Shown here: positions 1 to 10,325 of the stretch, in pieces
How the letters are laid out: each line of letters opens with the position of its first letter
How positions within the stretch are numbered: position 1 is the stretch's first letter
Assembly (NCBI GenBank): GCA_964252035.1
Contig: OZ176206.1
Strand: one strand, 5' to 3'
From: Podarcis erhardii
Lineage: Eukaryota
DNA: 64,000 nt
Position numbers and translations under genes: made by a program
Notes under the pieces: generated by a model
What the model was told of the DNA's origin: nothing
Databases searched by the model: none
Seen by the model: only the letters and a program-made list of their open reading frames with translations

Positions 1-672
1 TATATGAACAATGGCAATGTTAATTCATGCTCAAACCCTTTGCTGTAACTTTAAAAGTCACTCCAGAGCCTGGCTTCTAAGTTGCATTTATTAAATCCTG
101 GCCATTTCATTGGGATCCTGCTTACAAGCTTGGACCCTAAATGTATTACCTAGAAGTGAATTGCACTAAAATCAAAGGGATTTATAATCTGATTCTTCAC
201 AGTTAGAAGTTATCTGTCAATTTATCACTCAGCATTTAAGGTGATCTGCCTTAGACCTTGTTGTCTACCAAACAGTGTAACACACCCATGGTGTGTGCTC
301 AGTGGGGTCTGACTCTTAACTTGCGCTAATTGGCGTGAGTCACTCACGGTAGCTGCCTCCGATCCTGTGTAATGCTCACAGGCCATGTGTTTTCTGTAAC
401 CTTAGGAGATAATTGCCAGAGTCAGGGTGACTGTGTCTCTTTAATTTACTTCACCAGTAATCGCCACCGTTGTGGTTTTGTTTCTTCTTCTTTTAAAACA
501 AGCCATTTATTATCTGTATATCTTGCGCTCCCGGTAATCTCTCGTCTAGATTTCTGATCTGATCCATGCTGGATTACATTTAGTAATTCTGTCATAGTAC
601 CACATACTAAAGCTCTTGAGGGTGTAGCACGATAAAAATGCTGACCAAGTTCATGGCATTTTTCGTAATAGT

Positions 673-1205
673 TGTTGTTGTTGTTTAGTCGTTTAGTCGT
701 GTCCGACTCTTCATGACCCCATGGATCAGAGCACGCCAGGCACTCCTGTCTTCCACTGCCTTTCGCAGTTTGGTCAAACTCATGCTGGTAGCTTTGAGAA
801 CACTGTCCAACCATCTCGTCCTCTGTTGTCCTCTTCTCCTTGTGCCCTCAATCTTTCCCAACATCAGGGTCTTTTCCAGGGAGTCTTCTCTTCTCATGAG
901 GTGGCCAAAGTATTGGAGCCTCAGCTTCAGGATCTGTCCTTCCATTGAGCACTCAGGGCTGATTTCCTTAAGAATTGAGAGGTTTGATTTTCTTGCAGTC
1001 CATGGGATGCTCAAGAGTCTCCTCCAGCACCATAATTCAAAAGCATCAATTCTTCAGCGATCAGCCTTCTTTATGGTCCAGCTTTCACTTCCATACATTA
1101 CTAGTGGGAAAACCATAGCTTTTACTATACAGACCTTTGTTGGCAAGGTGATGTCTCTACTTTTTAAGATGCTGTCTAGGTTTGTCATTGCTTTTCTCCC
1201 AAGAC
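673..1205 (-). mobile_element. Bov-B (RTE clade) LINE, 5'-truncated 3' end
   Basis: Minus ORF 685-1014 reads ...ISPECSMEGQILKLRLQYFGHLMRREDSLEKTLMLGKIEGTRRRG..., the Bov-B ORF C-terminus; (AAC)n tail; 10-bp TSD TCGTAATAGT at 663-672 and 1206-1215. Confidence 0.92.
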
Positions 1206-1383
1206 TCGTAATAGTAGGCACAATTTAAATGCCATACATACACTTACTCGCAAGGAGTCTTCCCTAACATGATGCATTTTCACTAATATATGCATTTTCA
1301 CTAGCATTTCTATGCACACTTCCCCCCGCTCCAATATATTCACAGCTTTGTACACATTATTTGGTTACTGAACTGCCACCAAA

Positions 1384-1655
1384 TTTGATGGCCTTCAAAA
1401 GAGGACTGGACAAATTCATAGAGGAGAGGGCTACCAATGGCTACTAGTCGTGATGGCTATTCTCTGCCTCCATAGTTGGAGACAGCCATGCTTCTGAATA
1501 CCAGTTGCTGAAAATCAATGGAGGGGAGAGTGATCTTGTACTCAGATTCTGCTTGCGGGTTTCCCATTGAGGCATCTGGTAGGCTTCCATGAGAACAGGA
1601 TCCCGGGCTAGATGAGCCATTGTGCTGATCTCACAGGCTGTTACTGTGTTCTTTT
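1384..1655 (+). mobile_element. CR1-like 3' end of a second subfamily (further decayed copies near 2330-2580, 28140-28350, 30220-30480, 55330-55560 and, on minus, 19640-19810, 42390-42700)
   Basis: Shared GGACAAATTCAT-GAGG...ATGGCTACTAG...AATACCAGTTGCT...GGCATCTGGT...GAACAGGAT...TGTTCTT backbone seen repeatedly in the window. Confidence 0.65.
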
Positions 1656-2582
1656 ATCTTTTCAGAAAGCGCAAGTTAGGCAGAGGTCCGCAATAGCATC
1701 CTAACCAAAGCAAATCCATACCCTCTGCCCCCATTGCAACACTTCTATAGAGATATATGGTGCAGTCACATGTGGAATGCTGTGCCCAGTCTCAGAAGAG
1801 GTTGCAAATCAGGAAAAAAAGGAATAGAAAAGGGCAACTAAAATGATCACCAAGGTGCAGCAACACCCCTATAATTTTCTTTTCTTTTTTTTGAACTAAA
1901 AAGCTCCTATCCCTGCAGCCTTTTTTGTTCAAAAGAAAAGAATCAGATTCTCCAAGCGCCCCTATTTTCCAGGGACAGTCCCAGATTTAAAGAAGTCATC
2001 CAGGTTTCTGAACTGATCCAGGAATGTGCTGCTTTTCCTTAGGACGTCCCTATTTTCATCTGAGAAATATTGGGGGGTATGGAATGGGACATCCATATTT
2101 TGACCGGAGAAATGTTTAGTTTGAGTAAAGGTGGGTGTGAGACTTGGCAGAGGTTTTTTTTTAGAAAGTTAGGCATTGTGTGGAGAGAGTGGATGGAGAG
2201 GGTGGGGTTTTTTTACCCTCTCTAATGAGACAAGGATACAGGATCAGTTGAAGAAATGGATTGGTAGGAGATTCCAGCCCAGAGGAAGGACTGCACACAG
2301 GGCATAGATAAACTATGGAAGCTGCTACTGCAAAATTAGGTGATGGCTTGAAAATGGGGGTTAGACACATTCTTGGTGGTGGAGGAGGAAGCTATCAGTG
2401 GCATCTAGTCATGATGGCTGCATATTATGCCCCTGATGACCAGTTGTTGGGGAATAACGGTGAGATGGGCTTCTTGCAGCCATATCCTTGTGGTGGGCTT
2501 CCCATGTGCATCTGGTTGACCAGCTGGGGAAACTGAATGCTGTACCTTTAGTCAGATCCAGAATGACACCTCTGATGTTCTT

Positions 2583-2812
2583 CTTGTTGTTTAGTCGTGT
2601 CCGACTCTTCATGACCCCATGGACCAGAGCACGCCAGGCACTCCTGTCTTCCACTGCCTCCCGCAGTTTGGTCAAACTCATGTTGGTAGCTTCGAGAACA
2701 CTACCCAACCATCTCGTCCTCTGTCGTCCCCTTCTCCTTGTACCCTCAATCTTTCCCAACATCAGGGTCTTTTCCAGGGAGTCTTCTCTTCTCATGAGGT
2801 GGCCGAAGTATT
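2583..2812 (-). mobile_element. Bov-B (RTE) LINE 3' fragment
   Basis: Near-identical to the 673-1205 copy (MRREDSLEKTLMLGKIEG...); possible short TSD TTCTT (2578-2582 / 2813-2817). Confidence 0.9.
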
Positions 2813-4105
2813 TTCTTATGCCTATTCAATTCCCCATCATTGGGGAAGTTTGTGGCATCTCAGTGTCTCATTTTTCCAATCTTAAATTCAGTTCTATCTC
2901 TTTCTACAGCAATTTGCAATTCAATCATCATCATCATGAAAATTCTTCAGCATTTTAGTGTGAATTTCCTCCTGATAAACACATTTTTGTATTTTCATGT
3001 GTTTTTCAGCCAGAAGTCTGTCCTGTCCGTTTTTTAATAGTTTTTTTAAAAATATATATTTCAAAAAATGAAAATGTTGTGATTAAATTATACACATCCT
3101 TGTAAACACTTTCCCCGGAAATATGCATTTTTTGCACATACGTTTTATGCATTTCTATTATAAAGTTCACACTTTATATGCCTTACACCTTTGTACACAT
3201 TAGATGGTATCCAGTGCTAGTCCTACTCAGAGTAGATCTTCTGAAGTTAATGGGCATGACTACCTTCGTTTCGGTAATTTCAATGGGTCTGGTCTCATTA
3301 AGCCTAGCATTGGCCATAACCCATTATCCTCATAAAATACAGATTTCAGTATATGTCTTTTGAACCAAAACTGCATTTTAAAAAAAACGGACTCTGCTTA
3401 CTCTGTTCAAGCTGCATATTAGCTGGAGAACTGTGAATTTGGTTGGTTTGCTTTAAAATGCAGACAAAACAAAATTCTCCTCAATTCCTATTCTTGGGGA
3501 TCTCTGTCTGAGGACGCACCTCAAGATCCATAGCGCGGAGGGTGAAAGCATCCTGGAACTGTATTATCAAAGAGGACAAAAGAGTTTTGCATGCATATTT
3601 TCGGGGAGAAAAGAGGTGTTCTCCACCAGTGCAAGTTCAGTCTTGCTCCGAATTCCAACTGTTACTCACTGAACACTGATGATATTGTAGGAGTTACAAC
3701 GCGCTGGAGGTCTTGCTTGACATGGATGTCTCATGTTGGTACTTTTTTAAAAAAAAAGAAAAAGAAAAAGAAAAAAGAAAGGAAGCTATTAGAGTGCAAC
3801 ATCAGAAAGTTATCCGTGGGTGAGGTTCGAGAATCCCAAGTTATAACTTGTCCCTTGATTCCAAAGTCTGGTTAGTTTTAAAAATCTTAAGATTGATGGC
3901 ATGTTGGTAAGGAGGGGAGGGTAGCTAAGTTCCATTGCTGTGTTGAACTGGGGATCTGCAAAATGAAATCCATCCAGCTTCTGGTGCTTTGCAGACACAT
4001 CTTCAGAGTTTTGCTTTATCTGGTGTAGAGTCAGGTCGTTGGGTGGAATCCGGTGCTAGAGTAGACCCATTGATGTTGATGGGTGTGGCCAAAGAATGTA
4101 GATGA

Positions 4106-4275
4106 TAGGGTTGCCATACGTCCAGATTTCCCCAGAGATGTCTGGGATTGCAATGCTGGAATTAGCGTCTGGAGGGGGGAGGATTTTGGGAAATCGGAAA
4201 AATGTTCGGGTTTTCGAAACTCCCCCCGAAAAAAAATATGTCCAGATTTTTAGTTCTTTAAATATGGCAACCCTA
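4106..4275. mobile_element. hAT-type MITE (TAGGGTTGCCATA TIR)
   Basis: 13-bp TIR; 8-bp flanks GTAGATGA / GTACATGC (6/8). A related copy lies at 23795-23992. Confidence 0.75.
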
Positions 4276-4357
4276 GTACATGCCAACCAGATGAACCTTG
4301 GGGTCCCTTACAAGTCTACAGTCCTATGATTCTATGGCTGTACTACCCTCTCACCAG

Positions 4358-4668
4358 CAGAGCTGTCTTTCCTATTGGGCTTACTGGCGCATTGTGCCAG
4401 GGCGCTGGCTTCTCAGGGCACCCCAGTGAGCGGGGGAGCTGTGCGGCTTTACCGGTGGCCTCCCCTTTCCCTCCTGCAAGCTGTGTCCCGTCAACCATAT
4501 GGCTGGCGGGCATGCAGCTTGCCTCCCAAGCCTCCTTGGGAGGAGAGCGATCCCCACAGAGGCTTGGGAAAAGGTCGACAACTCTGCGAAACGGGGGTGG
4601 GGCGCCGGAGGGATCTTTGCACCACGGCGCTGAATATGCTTAAGACGAATATGCTTAAGACGGCCCTG
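4358..4668. mobile_element. hAT-type non-autonomous element
   Basis: Ends CAGAGCTGTCTT...AAGACGGCCCTG; perfect 8-bp TSD CTCACCAG (4350-4357, 4669-4676). Confidence 0.85.
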
Positions 4669-6031
4669 CTCACCAGCAAGGTAAGGTTAGCTCCAACAGT
4701 TTCTGGTGTATGCTGAAAACAAACAAACCCACTCTTATTTGCCCAAGCATTTTTCTGGACACAGATATTGTGCTGGTAATTGCTGCTGGATGTTGTAGGT
4801 GCTGTTGCTCTGGCATTTCAGTGTTGGCTTATTGCATTTTTATAGTACATTATCATCATCAGTATTATCGTTTGACTGTAAGCTGCCCTTAAATCTTCTG
4901 AATAGAAGCAGCAGCGGTGGAGCATATGCCCAAGCTGCCCAGGGCAGGTGCACACCCAAGGAGGGCAGGGGAGCTCTGGGGGGCATGGGCGCGGAGCGCA
5001 CTCCCGAGGGGGGCAGAGCACGGAGGGTGCCTTCCCAGGCACGGGATAGCCACTTGGGTGCATGGAGCGGCAAAAGCGCCTGCCGCCGGGGACGGAGCAA
5101 GCCACCCACGGGGGCAGAGCGAGTCCCTGATGGGGGAACATTCAGCACGCTGTCCGCCCATGACTCCCAAGCCTCCCTGAGCTGTCAAAATGAAGGAGGA
5201 AGGGGGGAATGGCACAGGCAAAGTGGTGCAGCTCCCCTCTTCCCCCGATGGCTCAGGGTAGGCTTGGAAGTCGTGGGCTGGCAGCATGCCGAATGTCACC
5301 CCTCTCAGTGAACACACCCGGGGCAGTCCGCCCCCACTGCCCCAAAGAAATAAATGGCTGCATTTTTCATGCCAGTAGTGAGGAAGGTCAGTTACAGGGC
5401 CTGAATATGCCTCTCCAAGCCTCTCTGTTTGACCTTCAGTGCTGTCCCCATCCTCACACCTTCCTGGGCTGGTTTCACACCCTCCTTAAACCATCATAAC
5501 CCCTCCTTCCTGGACCACTTTGCGTATCTCCCTCTCTCCTTCACATTCACTTCAGATCTCTTAAGGGCTTAACCAATCAGTTGTTGTGCTCTCTATTTTT
5601 CCCCTTGCATGCCATGGTGGCTGGTGGATGTTTAGGCTGGTGGGGCGGAAAGCAGGGAGCCCAACAGCAGGTGGCACCAGAGCCAACAACAGGCACAGCT
5701 AACTGGTTCTAGCTTTGTCACCCTTCCTTCTCCCAACTGGGTTCTGTAATGGCAACCAGGGTTCTGTAATGGCAACCAGGAAGCGGACTTTATTTTTTGA
5801 GCCTGAGACCTAGAGTGTGGATACAGGTAATGACCCAAGCTTTCTTTTGAACGCACCAGAGCAGACTTTCCTGTTGTTGGATCACAGCTCCCATCATCCC
5901 TGGCAGCTAGGGATGATGGGAGTTGTAGTGCAACAACTTCTGGGGACCCAAGGTTGAGAGAGGCTGCATTAGAACCTTGAAGTATTCGGCAGAGAAGAGA
6001 ATGGCAGCAGAAACTAGTTAGTTAGAATCAT

Positions 6032-6298
6032 GTTGTTGTTTAGTCGTTTAGTCGTGTCCGACTCTTCGTGACCCCATGGACCAGAGCATGCCAGGCACTC
6101 CTGTCTTCCACTGCCTCCCGCAGTTTGGTCATTGCCATGGCAAAGGGGCTTGAATAACTCAGAGAAGCTATGAACTATGCTGAGCAGGGCACCCAAGATG
6201 GACAGGTCATAGTGGAGAGTTTTGACCAAACGTGATCCACCTGGAGGAGGAACCGGCAAGCCACTCCAGTATCCCTGCCAAGAAAACTCCATGGACAA
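6032..6298. mobile_element. Bov-B insertion with inverted structure: 3' end on minus (6032-6131) joined to a 5'-region segment on plus (6132-6298)
   Basis: Left part matches the other Bov-B 3' ends; right part (CCCAAGATGGACAGGTCATAGTGGAGAG...CCACTCCAGTATCCCTGCC...CCATGGAC) resembles the recalled Bov-B 5' region; 12-bp TSD AGTTAGAATCAT at 6020-6031 and 6299-6310. Confidence 0.8.
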
Positions 6299-7096
6299 AG
6301 TTAGAATCATAGAAGCTTATAATTGTGGAGTTGGAAGGGATCCCAAGGGTCATCTAGTCCAACCCACTGCAATGCAGGAATCACAGCTAAGTGGTAGTTG
6401 GCCCTGCCTGTCATGTGTTCAGTGTTCTGGGCAGGGGATATTCCCAGCTGTATCAGGAGATGCCAGCAATTCAACCTGGGGCCTTCTCTGTGCAAAGCAG
6501 GAGCTCTAACCATTGAGTTTATGGTCCCTCCCCAGCAAGTGATGCTAGAAAGCTATTGAAGCCCTGGCATGGGCTTTCAGCCTGGACACCAAGCACAGGG
6601 CAAGGGAATCTGTGTGCCTGTTCTGGGGTGGAAGACCTACGTACGTGTGCAGGCTTGCCTCTGCCAAGACCAAAAATATATTTTGTTCAAACACGCTCAC
6701 GAATTGCCTCGAAGACCTCAAAAAGATGGGAGATGCATACGTTGAAATAAGGAAAGTGGATCGGAAGGAGGCTTTGTAACTCAGCAAGAGGGCATTTGCT
6801 TTCTGCGCAGCATCCTCAGGTGTGGCATTGTGGTGCCCATTGGGAGTGGTGGAGCCAAAGGGAGGAGGCCCAACAGCAGGTGGCGCCAGAGGCAGAGCCG
6901 ACTCATTCTAGCTGTGCCCCATCTGCCTCCTTCTCCCTGCTGGGTTATACAAAGGGCAACACTCAGGCTAAGGTGGAGGAAGCTGATGGACAGTGCCTGC
7001 CCCCTGTTGACTAGTGGAAAGTAAGAAGGCTGGCAGGTAGGGATTGGCTAAAGGTAGCTGGCAAGCCAGGACCCCATTTGCCCCCAGGGAAGATTC

Positions 7097-7696
7097 TGTG
7101 CTGGCCCCGGGGGAAAGGTACCGTGAGCGTAGTCTGAGTCCACACAAAGAGGGGCGAGGTCCGAGGTGGAGAGCCGGGCGGGGAACAGGAACGCTGGAAC
7201 AGGAGGCCGAGCAGGGTACAGGAACACCGGATGGTCAGGAACAGGAGGCCGAGCAGGGAACAGGAACACAGGAAGGTCCAACGCCAACAACGACATTGCT
7301 CCCGCAACCTGGGGCCGGGCTGACTGGGCTTTTATCCTCTTCTAAGGCCAGGGGCGGTCCCGGCCCCCAGGAGCCCCGCCTCCTCTGGCCTTAAGGTGAG
7401 CACTCCTCCTGGGAGCAACCAGTTCCCTTCGCCTCTCTGCCCTAAGCCTCTGCAGATCAGGAGAGGCCGAAGGGTTACTGGGCCCTGGAGGAGGCTCACC
7501 TGTAGCCACTGAGTCTTCAAGCCCCTCTGGGGCCAGAAGGGTTTCACCTGGGGCCAGCTCCCGGTGCTCTGCCACAGGTGCAGGCTCTTCAGCATCTAGG
7601 CCTTGCCCCAGTTCAGCCGGCCCTGGAGGCGGGGACTCCTGTGCAGGCTGGGATTCCTCTGGTTCATCCTCTGAATCGGAATCCCAGGCCATCACA
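7097..7696 (-). mobile_element. Solo LTR (600 bp), probably Gypsy/ERV-type
   Basis: TG...CA termini with a 9/10 inverted match (TGTGCTGGCC / GGCCATCACA); perfect 5-bp TSD GATTC (7092-7096, 7697-7701); GC/CpG-rich. Strand inferred from a TATA-like ATAAAA (7330-7335, minus). Confidence 0.85.
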
Positions 7697-9106
7697 GATT
7701 CTTTGCAAAGTCTTCAAGATTCATTTGCCCATCCAGGGAGAAATCAGTGGGGTAGCCTCATGGGTGCCATGCCCAAAGCCCATGGGCCACATCCATTGCA
7801 GGGGACCCACCAGCCCCCAGCAAAATCAGCACCCTCTTTTCTCCATCTCAGCGCTGAGCTGAGTGGCTTAAAGCCCCTCTGCACAGCTCAGCACTGCAAC
7901 GGTGAAATGGCCCAGTCAAAGCATGGAGTTATATGGAGAGTTTTACACCACTCAGCCCAGCACTTCAGTGGCAATGAGCATGGCATGACCTGTGTGTGGC
8001 TTTATATCTGCTGTGTGTGTGTGGCATACAACCCTTGGACCTTCAGCACACAGTCCTCATGCTGAAAAGGGGTAGATGGGTTTTGTGTAAGACAATTATC
8101 ACCTGCTTCCAGTTCCTTGGACAAGTTTACCTGCGCAAGGAAGTAGAGAACTGCTTTATTCTGAGCCAGACCCTTTGGTCTATCTAGTTCAGTATTGTTT
8201 ACACTGACTGGCTGTGGCTCTCCTGGGTTTTGGACAGAGGAAATCCCCAGCTCTGCCTGGAGATGTCACAGTTTGAAGCTCTGCTCTGCATGCAAAGTTG
8301 ATGCTCTTTTAATTGAGCCACAGCTGCAGTTCTCTTAATAGTTGTATGCTTCTGCACAGATGACTGCTGTGCTCATTCATTACATCTGTGGATGAGAATG
8401 CACTGCGGCCCATTGCAAGTAAACTTGCCCATAGACTTATAAAGCTGGAAGGATTCTTGGGCATCACCTCCAGGTGTGGGGAACCTATGGGCCACCCAGA
8501 GGTTGCTGAACTGCAGCTCCCATCCTCACTTTTGGCTCAGGGATGGAGGGGAAATTCATGTGGTCTGCATTTTAATACAAACTTCTCAAATCTGCCCCCC
8601 CCCAAAAAACTGCTATGTGAACCAAAACACAGTTCTCCTTTGAAATGAGCACTTCTCCAAGAGAAGATTTTCAATGAAATATTCCAAGCAAAGACTGCAT
8701 ACAAGCAAGCATGCAAGTATTAGTGAAAATAACAGTCAAACTTGCATCCTATTGGAAGGTGGGGGAAACAGCTTGCAAAAATGCTCACAGAAGGCAAATA
8801 TGTGTTGCAAAAATGCACAAATAAGGAGAAACGTGTGTAAAAATGCACACACACACACATTTTCATGCTGTCTTATGTAAAAGGGGGGGAAATGCAATGT
8901 GCAATCTAGATTTAAGACTGGAAAAAGGAGAGGAACTGAAATGGACATCTCTTTCTATCTCTACCCACAGCTACACCTAAAGATAGTTCATGAGGGCCAG
9001 TCACTTATGCAAATGCCTTTAGTCTCACTTTCAGAATGGACAGCGCCCAAATCACAAAACCTTTAGCTCTTCCCAAGGGCAAAATGCAAGGGTTCCATTT
9101 TGCTAA

Positions 9107-9235
9107 NNNNNNNNNNNNNNNNNNNNNNNNNNNNNNNNNNNNNNNNNNNNNNNNNNNNNNNNNNNNNNNNNNNNNNNNNNNNNNNNNNNNNNNNNNNNNN
9201 NNNNNNNNNNNNNNNNNNNNNNNNNNNNNNNNNNN
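9107..9235. other. Assembly gap (129 N)
   Basis: Run of N about 350 nt upstream of the first TP73 exon in the window. Confidence 1.
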
Positions 9236-9585
9236 TGTCATCTCCATCCTGGATCAAGGTCAGTCTTGTTAGAAAAAAAGGCAAAAGGCAAAAAAGAGAT
9301 TATCCTTTTCTTTTTCTAACAAGTGGTGGCTTGTTTGGAATTGGGGGTGGTGTAGTGGCTAAAGATAAGAAGCTGAGCCATGAATGGCCCATGCTGCTTT
9401 TCTCTGGAGTGAGGCTACCCCTTTAAAGGTGCCTGTAACAAGACACCTGGAAAACTTTTTCTTTTGCAAAAAAAGGAGTGTGTTGAGATTTCCATGTGTT
9501 TAAACTGGCGGTGTTATTTCTCTCCATCCCTTCCTTCCTCCTCCCCCCTTTCCATCCTCCTCCCCCTCCGTTTCCTTTCCTCCAG

Positions 9586-9831
9586 TCTCAGTTTAATTTG
9601 CTAAACAACAGCATGGATCAGAGCACTGACAGCAGGGCCGCCTCCTCTAGCCCTTATAGCTCCGAGCACGCCTCCAATGTCCCGACGCTCTCGCCTTACT
9701 CGCAGCCCAGCTCCACCTTCGACACCATGTCCCCAGCGCCTGTCATCCCGTCCAACACTGACTACCCGGGGCCGCATCACTTCGAGGTCACCTTCCAGCA
9801 ATCCAGCACGGCCAAATCTGCGACCTGGACA
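9586..9831 (+). CDS. TP73: p73 coding exon (human exon 4 equivalent), SQFNLL...SATWT; first TP73 exon recognisable in the window
   Basis: Translates to [82 protein letters not shown], matching p73. Polypyrimidine tract + AG at 9584-9585; donor GTAAGT at 9832; 246 nt, phase 0/0. Confidence 0.98.
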
Positions 9832-9963
9832 GTAAGTTGCATGGCTTGGGTTTTTTTGCTCTTTTGGAGGGCAAGGCCACAGCTCAGTGGAGGAACAGCT
9901 TCCCTTTGCATGCAAAAAGTCCCAGGTTTGATTCCTGGTGTCTCCAGGTAAATCTCATGCCTG

Positions 9964-10325
9964 AAGGTTTAGGCTGGAGAAGGGGAGACTGAGAGGTGAA
10001 AGCCATCTTCAAATACCTGATGGGCTGCTGCATAGAATATGGAGAGAGCTTGTTTTCTCCAGCGGGTAGGACCCAAACCAATAGATTCAAATACCAAGAA
10101 AGGAGATTCTAACCTAAATATTGTGAAGAACTTCCTGACAGTAAGAGCTGGTTTGATAATGGGATGGACCACCTCGTAAAGTGGTGGACTCTCCTTCCTT
10201 GGAGGTTTCTAAGCAGAGGTTGGATGACCATCTGCCATGGATACTTGAGTTGAGATTCCTGCATTGCAGGGGGTTGGACTAGATGGCCCTTGAGGTCCCC
10301 TCCAACACTACAATTCTGTGATTCA
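9964..10325 (+). mobile_element. CR1 LINE 3' end
   Basis: GAGACTGAGAGG...AAGAACTTCCTGACAGTAAGAGC...CCTGCATTGCAGGGGGTTGGACTAGATG...ATTCTGTGATTC, a typical CR1 3' terminus; boundaries approximate. Confidence 0.85.

Noticed and set aside
721-735. MDQST peptide shared between TP73 exon 4 (ATGGATCAGAGCAC at 9613) and antisense ORFs of Bov-B copies
   Set aside because: The match is only about 14 nt and flanks diverge at once; the p73 MDQ is conserved with human, so this is coincidence rather than exaptation.
3490-3830. LRTHLKIHS zinc-finger-like peptide and a 94-aa ORF with poly-Lys
   Set aside because: No upstream CxxC; poly-Lys comes from an (AAAAAG)n tract; the nearby GTGAGG donor is out of phase with exon 4.
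9005-9426. ORFs spanning N runs (also 14531-14893)
   Set aside because: Artefacts of translating assembly gaps.
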